A model generated the notes under the pieces. The model was not told the DNA's origin, did not search any database, and saw nothing but the letters and a program-made list of their open reading frames with translations. Made by a program: the position numbers and the translations under genes. A stretch of 32,000 nucleotides of DNA from NCBI GenBank assembly GCA_030167145.1, contig CP126532.1:3690001-3722000 (forward strand). Reading direction: 5' to 3'. Positions within the stretch are counted from its first letter, which is position 1. Every line of letters begins with the position of its first letter. Positions 25,740-32,000 of the stretch are shown here, in pieces. Origin of the DNA: Ktedonobacterales bacterium. Its GTDB lineage: Bacteria; Chloroflexota; Ktedonobacteria; Ktedonobacterales; JADMIN01.

Positions 25740-26960
25740 ATGACGACGGCGACGATCACAACGACGGCTGACCTGGTGACGGCGCTCGCTGGCGAGCGCA
25801 CGCGGCTGGTGCGCCTCTGCGCCATCCTCACGCGCGACCCGCATGCCGCCGAAGACCTCGCGCAAGAAACGCTGATTGAGGCGTGGCGTTCGCTGGCGAG
25901 GCTGCGCGACCCCAGCGGACTCGCGCCGTGGCTTAATGTCATCGCCCGCAACGTCTGCCTGCGCTGGCAGCGCAGCCGCAGCCGCGACGCGGCGCACCAC
26001 GTCATGCCATCTGGCGAGCGCGAAACCCCGTCCGCACCCGCCCTGGCAGATGTGGTAGCGGATGACGCCGACATCGAGATCAACCTGGAGCGCGCCGAGC
26101 TAGCAGACCTGCTGGATCGCGCGCTGGGGCTGCTGCCAGCAGAGACACGCCATCTGCTGGTGGCAAGCTACGTGCAAGAGTTGCCCGCCGCTGAGATCGC
26201 GGCTCGGCTGGGAATGAGCGAGGGCGCGGTGCGCGTGCGGCTGCATCGCGGGAAACTGGCGCTGCGTCACGCGCTCACCACCGACCTGCGCCCTGAAGCC
26301 GCGACCTTCGGCATCGTCGCCGCCGCTGATGCTGATGCGCTAGATGCGATGGACGAGCCGCGTTGGCAGCAGACGCGCATCTGGTGCCCGTTCTGCGGCG
26401 CACACTATCTGATGTGTCGCATAGACCGCGAGAAAGGCGAGTTCTCCTACCGCTGTGCGGGCGAATGTATGCGCAATGGCGGGATCATTGGCCGGGCGCG
26501 GAACCCCGTCCTCCTCGCCGGGCTGACCAGCGCGAAATCTATCCTAACCCGCCAGTTGCTCACGCTCGACACCCACTATCGCCACCTGATGACGGTGGGC
26601 ACGAGCACATGCTCCGGCTGCGGCCAGCGCCTGCCCATGCGCCGCTGGACGCCTGAAAGCGCCGCCTCGGACCTCATCCCACCACCTTCGCCGCTCTATC
26701 TGCATGGCATCTACCATGGCTGCCTGCGTTGCGAATGGGGTGATTCCGCGACCCCCTGGCATCTCGCGCTGGATACCGCCCCCGCGCAGCGCTTCTGGCG
26801 GCGTCACCCCCGCATGCGCGCGCTCACCACGCGCTTGCTCGAATTCGACGGGCGGCCCGCGCTGCATACCGGCTTCCAGAGCACTGACGGAGCCGCACGG
26901 CTCGATCTCATCTCCGCCCGCGACACACACGAAGTGCTCTACGCCTCCGACGCGGGCTGA
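25740..26960 (+). CDS. ECF-type sigma-70 family RNA polymerase sigma factor with a ~225-aa Cys-rich C-terminal extension
   Basis: Region 2 is DPHAAEDLAQETLIEAWRSLARLRDPSGLAPWLNVIARNVCLRWQR. Region 4 is LLPAETRHLLVASYVQELPAAEIAARLGMSEGAVRVRLHRGKLALR. The extension (nt ~26280-26960) carries WCPFCGAHYLMC...YRCAGEC, CSGCG and GCLRCEW. Confidence 0.85.
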   Translation: MTTATITTTADLVTALAGERTRLVRLCAILTRDPHAAEDLAQETLIEAWRSLARLRDPSGLAPWLNVIARNVCLRWQRSRSRDAAHHVMPSGERETPSAPALADVVADDADIEINLERAELADLLDRALGLLPAETRHLLVASYVQELPAAEIAARLGMSEGAVRVRLHRGKLALRHALTTDLRPEAATFGIVAAADADALDAMDEPRWQQTRIWCPFCGAHYLMCRIDREKGEFSYRCAGECMRNGGIIGRARNPVLLAGLTSAKSILTRQLLTLDTHYRHLMTVGTSTCSGCGQRLPMRRWTPESAASDLIPPPSPLYLHGIYHGCLRCEWGDSATPWHLALDTAPAQRFWRRHPRMRALTTRLLEFDGRPALHTGFQSTDGAARLDLISARDTHEVLYASDAG

Positions 26961-27030
26961 CGCCGACCGCGCTGTTTCCCTCGCATTCATCTCCGCATGA
27001 CACGCTCTCCCGCGCCCCTTAAACAGGAGA

Positions 27031-28326
27031 ATGCCCATGATTGCCACATTGCGCCAGCGCAACTTCGCGCTCCTCTGGTTCGGCGGATTGATCTCTATCA
27101 CCGGCGACTGGGTGCTGATGGTTGGCCTGCCAATCTACGTCTTCCTGCTCACGCATTCGGTGCTCGCCACCAGCCTCATGTATCTGGCGGGCCGCGCGCC
27201 AAGCGTGTTGCTCGCCTCGCTAGCGGGCGTCTTCGTGGACCGCTGGGACCGCAAGCGCACGATGGTCATAACGAATGTTTTGCTGGCGTTGGCGCTGCTG
27301 CCGGTGCTACTGGCGCGCACGCCCGACCACGTGTGGATCATCTACATCGCCGCCTTTGTGGAATCCTGCATCGAGCAGTTCTTCACCCCCGCCGAGAGCG
27401 CGCTGCTGCCCAATCTCGTCGGCGAGGAGCATCTCGTCTCCGCCAATTCGCTCAACGCGCTCAGCAACAATCTCGCCCGGCTGGTTGGTCCCGCAGTTGG
27501 GGGTGTCATCGCCGGAGTATTCGGACTCAGCGGCATCGTGCTGGTGGATGCCGCCTCATTTCTGCTCGCTGCCCTGCTGATCGCGCTCATCGCCGCGCCA
27601 CATCGCGTGTCCACAGCTACCAGCGCGTCGCTTGCTCGCGCGGAGGCTGGCGCGCTGGCGCGGGTCGGGCGCGAATGGCTCGACGGCATGCGCGCCATCT
27701 TCTCCTCGCGCACGCTGACAGTGGTGCTGGTGGCGATCTCGATCACCGCCCTGGGCGAGGGCGTGATGGGCGTGCTGTTTCCGGTCTTCGTCAATCGTGT
27801 GCTGCATGGCGGCGCGCTGCAAATCGGCCAACTCATGAGCGCGCAGGCGGTCGGCGGGCTAATCGGCGGGCTACTGGTGGGCTTCGCGGGGCAGCGGGTG
27901 ATGTCGCGCTGGGTGATTGGCTTCTGCGGCATGGCGTTCGGCCTGCTCGACCTCGCCATCTTCAATTCGCCCGCGTTCTATCCGGTATTCTGGCTCTCGG
28001 TCGGCCTCTTCATCGCGGTCGGCATCCCCGGCATCGGCATGTTCACTGGTGTGCAGTCGCTCGCCCAGGCCGCCGCGCCCGACGCTTACCGGGGCCGCGT
28101 CTTCGGCGCGGTCGGCATGACGATGGGGCTGCTCGGCCTGCTTGGCAGCATCATCGCGGGCACCATCACCGACCACCTCGGCGTCGTCACCGTGCTCAAC
28201 ATCCAGGGCGCGGGCTACGTCGTTGCTGGCCTCCTCCTACTGCTCCTGCTGCCCAAACGCCAGCCATCTCCTGCCACATCCGAAACCACAGCCACCGCCG
28301 AAGCGCCCGTCGCGGCAGAGGTATAG
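27031..28326 (+). CDS. MFS transporter (MFS_3 / EntS-like 'transmembrane secretion effector' type)
   Basis: The N-terminus RQRNFALLWFGGLISITGDWVLMVGLPIYV and FVDRWDRKRTMV are typical of this MFS subgroup. There are about 12 TM helices. The overlapping Arg-rich 530-aa ORF in another frame was rejected. Confidence 0.85.
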   Translation: MPMIATLRQRNFALLWFGGLISITGDWVLMVGLPIYVFLLTHSVLATSLMYLAGRAPSVLLASLAGVFVDRWDRKRTMVITNVLLALALLPVLLARTPDHVWIIYIAAFVESCIEQFFTPAESALLPNLVGEEHLVSANSLNALSNNLARLVGPAVGGVIAGVFGLSGIVLVDAASFLLAALLIALIAAPHRVSTATSASLARAEAGALARVGREWLDGMRAIFSSRTLTVVLVAISITALGEGVMGVLFPVFVNRVLHGGALQIGQLMSAQAVGGLIGGLLVGFAGQRVMSRWVIGFCGMAFGLLDLAIFNSPAFYPVFWLSVGLFIAVGIPGIGMFTGVQSLAQAAAPDAYRGRVFGAVGMTMGLLGLLGSIIAGTITDHLGVVTVLNIQGAGYVVAGLLLLLLLPKRQPSPATSETTATAEAPVAAEV

Positions 28327-28633
28327 CGTCCGCGTTACGGCTCCTGGCGCGTGAATATACTCTTCGGGCGATCCGCGTATGCCAGGAGCCGCATCTCTGC
28401 CCACGACATCGCTTGTTCCAGGCTACCAGCCGCGCTCGCCAGCGCAGCGACATCAGACACGCGCCTGATATTTTCGTCCGCTTTCGCCCCACTTTCATGC
28501 CATCCTGCGCGCTCCTTCGTCTTATCAAGATGAGAGACGGTGGGACTTCTTGTCCGCTTTCGACGCGGCTGGTACAATGGGCCGCATAGATGAGCGCGGC
28601 TGCGCGCGGGCACGTTGGGTAGGCGAGGAAGGG

Positions 28634-30583
28634 ATGGGCCATATGCAGTCGGGACACACATCCGGGCGGCCAGCGGATACGGGGCAGCACAATGCGACTG
28701 GCGGGCAGCCCGCGCGGACGACCCCTGGCATGGCCGCTGGCGCGCTGCCCGCGCCGACCACACCGGATTCATCTACCGCGATGAACCCGCTGCTGAGCCT
28801 TCCCGCCACGCCGGGGCGGCGTTCGCTGCCCACCGCCGCGCCGCGCATCGCCAGCGCCGCCGCATCGCACCCCGATGACGGCGACACGCCTGCCCCCCGC
28901 AAACCCACGCTCACGGCGCAGGTCCGCGCGGTCCGCGCGCCCGATGTCGCGCGCCAGGCGCTCAGCGAATTGAAGTTGCTTGGCCAGGAGCTAGCCGTCC
29001 TCCCCGAACAACTTGAGGTCAACGGCCTCGCCCCCAGTCATCAGCGCAGCTTCATCGAAGCCTCGCGCGCCTACCTCAACCTCGCCGGGCAGGCCTGGGA
29101 ATCCATCGCCGAAGAACGCCTTGAACAGAGCGGCGCGGACTCCGACCACCGCCAGCGCGCCATCACCGTCGCGCGGCGTGTCTCCCAGCTTCAGCAAGAA
29201 TGTCAGAAGGCCAGCGGCAACCCCGTCTTCCGACTGCCGCGCAAGATTCCCCGCCACTGGCATCAGCGCGCGCACCTCATCACCTCCGGCGTGCAAGCCT
29301 GGCAAGAGCGCCTATCCGCCACACCGAATCCGCTGGTGATGGGCCGCGCGCTCTTCGGGCTGCGCGGCGCGGTGGGGCTAGCCTCGGCCAGTGGCCTCGC
29401 GCTCACCCTGCTCACCCTGCTCACCAACGCCATGCTGTTCCTGCTTGCCGCGCTCGGAATCGGCGCCGCGCTCGCGCAGGCAGCATACATGAGTCTCATG
29501 CCACCCACAGCCAAACCACCTTACATTCCCCCCCTCACCCTCGCGGGCCTCGATCCCGGCAGTGCTATCCGTTTGCTATCTACAAGGGGTCTGTCCTTTC
29601 TCTCGCCGGTAACGGTGCTCATCGCCGCTGCTATCGCATGGCCGCTGGTGTTCTTCTTCGCCCGCAAGCCATTGGGATTGCTGCTGGGCGCGGCGGTCTA
29701 CGCGCCCACGCGCACCACGCGCAACACCATCCGCCCCGCCTCCGCCGCCGTTGCGGGCGCGCTGCGCGCCTGGTGGCTCTTCATCAGCATCCTTGGCCTT
29801 GTGGCGATTATCGTCGCGCTCGTCCTCAGCGGCATCTTCCTCAATGAGCAGGGTCTCACTCAGCCCGATACGCTGGGTAGTTGGTTGGGACTTGGAGGAA
29901 CCCTACTGGGCAACGGCTCATTCCTGGCCGCCGCCGCTGGCGTCGCCGCTCTGCTGCTGCTCGCTGCTCCCGTGCTGCTCATCACCCTCGCGCGTGCCGT
30001 CGTGGAGCTTGGCGGTGGCCCCGGCTGGGCGCCCTCTGCCCGCCGCTATGCGCTCGCGCCCGCGCTCGCCACGCTCGCCCCGGTGATTGTCGCGCTGCTC
30101 GTCGCCATCTGGTTCGCGGCAACCAACTCCGGCTGGCAGAACACCACCTTTTTCAGCCTATCTCTGGGTTCGTTCTCCATCGCCGCAACGTTGCGCGGGT
30201 TGGCGTTGTTATTGGGTATACTCCTGCCCTACCTGCTGCTGATCGAGCTACCCTACCGCATTGGCATTCGCCGCTGGCGGCGCGCCTGGCTGCGCGACCT
30301 GACCGACCGTCGCGCCGATGTCGAATCGCACGTGCGCCGCCTCTCCGCCGCCGACCCCGACAGCGGCGCGCAAGACACCAGCGACGAGAACCTGCGCGCT
30401 ATGCAGTACGACATGGTGCTGCTCCAGTTCTATCAGAGCAAGACTCACGACATTCAGCGCACCCCCAGGGGACCTTACTCGCCCCGGCGCACGGTTGTCG
30501 CGCTGATCCTTGTCGTCGCCCTCGCGCTGCTGCTCGATCAAGGGCTGCCGCTGTTGGCGCAGGCGCTCGCCACAACGCGCTAA
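28634..30583 (+). CDS. Large uncharacterised polytopic membrane protein (~250-aa cytoplasmic N-terminal region, ~10-11 TM helices, charged C-terminal segment plus a terminal helix)
   Basis: Third-position GC stays high through the disordered N-terminus, which supports coding. I recognised no family motif. There is no H-box, N/G1/G2 ATPase box, or GGDEF/EAL/HD motif. The start is uncertain: ATG 28634 or 28643 after GAGGAAGGG, while the ORF opens at 28550. Confidence 0.7.
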   Translation: MGHMQSGHTSGRPADTGQHNATGGQPARTTPGMAAGALPAPTTPDSSTAMNPLLSLPATPGRRSLPTAAPRIASAAASHPDDGDTPAPRKPTLTAQVRAVRAPDVARQALSELKLLGQELAVLPEQLEVNGLAPSHQRSFIEASRAYLNLAGQAWESIAEERLEQSGADSDHRQRAITVARRVSQLQQECQKASGNPVFRLPRKIPRHWHQRAHLITSGVQAWQERLSATPNPLVMGRALFGLRGAVGLASASGLALTLLTLLTNAMLFLLAALGIGAALAQAAYMSLMPPTAKPPYIPPLTLAGLDPGSAIRLLSTRGLSFLSPVTVLIAAAIAWPLVFFFARKPLGLLLGAAVYAPTRTTRNTIRPASAAVAGALRAWWLFISILGLVAIIVALVLSGIFLNEQGLTQPDTLGSWLGLGGTLLGNGSFLAAAAGVAALLLLAAPVLLITLARAVVELGGGPGWAPSARRYALAPALATLAPVIVALLVAIWFAATNSGWQNTTFFSLSLGSFSIAATLRGLALLLGILLPYLLLIELPYRIGIRRWRRAWLRDLTDRRADVESHVRRLSAADPDSGAQDTSDENLRAMQYDMVLLQFYQSKTHDIQRTPRGPYSPRRTVVALILVVALALLLDQGLPLLAQALATTR

Positions 30584-30681
30584 CCCTCAGCAATTCTGCT
30601 TGCATCTTTCGCCCCGCCCCCATTTTCTGCTATGCTGGCGGTGTCGTTCGTTGTCGCGTTCGCAGTCTCGCGGAGCCAGCC

Positions 30682-31410
30682 ATGACAACGCCATCCACCG
30701 GTAGCACCCCAGCGGATGCTACCGCGATTCGCATCCTCATCTGCGAAGACCAAACCCTCATGCGTGAGGGGTTGCGCACCGTGCTGGACCTCGAACCCGG
30801 CTTCGTCATCGTCGGCGAAGCCGCCGACGGCGCGGAGGGCGTGCGGCTCGCCGAGCAGTTGCGCCCCGACATCATCCTGATGGACATCCAGATGCCCCGG
30901 CAGAACGGCGTCCAGGCCACCGCCGCCATCACCGCGCGCGGCCTACCGTCCCGCGTCATCATCCTCACCACCTTTGACTACGAAGATTACGTTTTCGACG
31001 CCATCAAGGCCGGAGCCGTCAGCTATCTGCTCAAAGACACCCCCGCCGCTGAACTTGCCGCCACCATTCGCCGTGTCTATGCCGGCGAATCCTTCATTCA
31101 GCCCAGCGTTGCCACCAAACTGCTGATGGAGTTCGGTCGCCGAGGACCCGTCGCCAGCGAATCGGACCCCCGAACTGGCGACCGCGACACGGCTGGCGCA
31201 TCCAACCAGCCCGACACCGAAGGCCTCAGCCAGCGCGAGGTAGACGTGCTGCGTTTGCTCGCCCAGGGCGCCAGCAACCGCGATATCGCCGATCAACTCG
31301 TGCTCGCCGAGGGTACCGTCAAGAATCATGTCTCCAACATTCTGATGAAGCTGCATGCCGCCAATCGCACCCAGGCCGCTAATCTCGCCCGTGAGCGCGG
31401 CCTCATTTAG
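30682..31410 (+). CDS. NarL/FixJ (LuxR-type HTH) family two-component response regulator
   Basis: The REC domain is IRILICEDQTLMREGL...PDIILMDIQMPRQNG...VIILTTF...AIKAGAVSYLLKD, with the acidic pocket, phospho-Asp, Thr and Lys all present. The LuxR HTH is LSQREVDVLRLLAQGASNRDIADQLVLAEGTVKNHVSNILMKLHAANRTQAA. Start ATG 30682 has GGAG 6 nt upstream. Confidence 0.9.
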   Translation: MTTPSTGSTPADATAIRILICEDQTLMREGLRTVLDLEPGFVIVGEAADGAEGVRLAEQLRPDIILMDIQMPRQNGVQATAAITARGLPSRVIILTTFDYEDYVFDAIKAGAVSYLLKDTPAAELAATIRRVYAGESFIQPSVATKLLMEFGRRGPVASESDPRTGDRDTAGASNQPDTEGLSQREVDVLRLLAQGASNRDIADQLVLAEGTVKNHVSNILMKLHAANRTQAANLARERGLI

Positions 31411-31543
31411 TTCATGCACACCATCCCGTGCGCACGTGGTGCGCAGGTGAGCAGAAGGGGTGGAAGGCTCCAGATATAGCCGTCCGTTTGGCACAAAAGA
31501 TGCGCACGGGTGATACAGGCAGAAATGGGAGGTGTGACGGGAA

Positions 31544-32000
31544 GTGAAAAGCCGGTTCCCTTCGAGCGCGCTGGGCCGCCTCGCGCTGCTCAGTCTCTTC
31601 GCCACCGTGCCACGCGTTGCCTACGCCGTTGAAGTCTCCGGCTTGGAGCACGCCGCCCGCACGCCGCGCACCTATATCGCCATCCAGCACAAGCGTGACT
31701 TCGACCCCGTCGCGCCGCTGCCCGCCGTGCTCCGCCGCTGGGGTTGGCGTGGCATGGCGGGCGAGGTCCACTTTGCCATGCGCTCCGACGCCTTCGCGGC
31801 GGGCTTCCTCTCGCGCATCGTTCTGCACCCGCGCTGGTTTTCCCTTGCCTTGCGCCCACTCTCCGTCGGACCATTGCTACGCCGCCTCGGTGTCCACCCC
31901 CTCGCCGACCTGCATCAGCGTCCCGCCGAAGCCTGGCTGCGCGATGCCCAGCGTGTCGAAGGCAACGTGCCCGCCGGCGACATCCTCACCTCCGCCTTCC
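31544..32000 (+). CDS. PlsC-type lysophospholipid (1-acyl-sn-glycerol-3-phosphate) acyltransferase family protein, truncated by the right window edge
   Basis: Hand translation from GTG 31544 (GGGAGG 11 nt upstream) is open to the window end. It reads MKSRFPSSALGRLALLSLFATVPRVAYAVEVSGLEHAARTPRTYIAIQHKRDFDPVAPL... and contains the H-x4-D acyltransferase motif (HKRDFD). It is absent from the ORF track because no stop lies in the window. Confidence 0.75.
   Translation, partial: MKSRFPSSALGRLALLSLFATVPRVAYAVEVSGLEHAARTPRTYIAIQHKRDFDPVAPLPAVLRRWGWRGMAGEVHFAMRSDAFAAGFLSRIVLHPRWFSLALRPLSVGPLLRRLGVHPLADLHQRPAEAWLRDAQRVEGNVPAGDILTSAF

Noticed and set aside
26997-28589. The 530-aa plus-strand ORF
   Set aside because: It is an extremely Arg/Ala/Gly/His-rich alternative frame of the MFS transporter (27031-28326), which has a clear 12-TM hydrophobic pattern in its own frame.
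28634-30583. The possibility that the large membrane protein is the missing histidine kinase for the downstream NarL-type regulator
   Set aside because: I looked for an H-box (HExxxP/L-like), N, G1 (DxGxG) and G2 boxes in the translated sequence and found none. It cannot be called a conventional kinase.
29881-30681. The N-terminal 267 aa of the 509-aa ORF that contains the response regulator
   Set aside because: This part is an Arg/Ala-rich off-frame read-through of the upstream membrane-protein gene. The REC domain begins at ATG 30682, which has its own RBS.
30943-31874. Minus-strand ORFs 30943-31605, 31412-31828 and 31590-31874
   Set aside because: They are antisense to the response regulator and to the PlsC-like acyltransferase (H-x4-D motif on the plus strand).
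1-32000. CRISPR arrays, tRNA/rRNA genes, integrases, toxin-antitoxin pairs, reverse transcriptase or retron-like elements
   Set aside because: I found no regularly spaced repeats and no cloverleaf-capable or rRNA-like conserved stretches in the intergenic regions I inspected. No integrase, RT or TA motifs appear in any supported ORF. This was a by-eye inspection only, so small RNAs could have been missed.

Overview
This is a high-GC (roughly 60-65% by eye) bacterial chromosomal segment. I support about 28 protein-coding genes, one transposase relic and a few small structured non-coding sites. I recognised no rRNA, tRNA, CRISPR array, intact mobile element or prophage. GGAGG-type ribosome-binding sites, Pro/Thr-rich linkers and several of the gene families suggest Chloroflexota (Ktedonobacteria-like) or Actinomycetota, but I cannot decide this without a search.

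Most of the window is ordinary accessory metabolism, transport and regulation. That includes a TetR plus alpha/beta-hydrolase cassette, a MocR plus PNPOx divergent pair, MOSC, two GNATs, two MFS transporters, a CPA2 antiporter, a BASS-like transporter and DedA.

Four loci deserve a second look:
1. 21310-22836 (-): a membrane-anchored protein with a C-terminal TIR domain. It is followed on the same strand by a SAM methyltransferase and a double-BON protein. This is my best candidate for an undescribed defence or signalling module.
2. 1839-4987 (+): a tight three-gene operon encoding an FNR-like/2Fe-2S reductase with its own membrane anchor, a signal-peptide-less ApbE, and a NOX-like four-histidine ferric-reductase membrane domain. 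I found no flavinylation target.
3. 25740-26960 (+): an ECF sigma factor with a roughly 225-aa Cys-rich C-terminal extension and no adjacent anti-sigma gene.
4. 28634-31410 (+): a roughly 650-aa uncharacterised polytopic membrane protein directly upstream of a NarL-type response regulator, with no histidine kinase nearby.

Two edge-truncated genes are missing from the supplied ORF track and were recovered by hand translation: an M50 protease at 1-930 (-) and a PlsC-type acyltransferase at 31544-32000 (+). All functional calls rest on motif recognition by eye. No database search was run.
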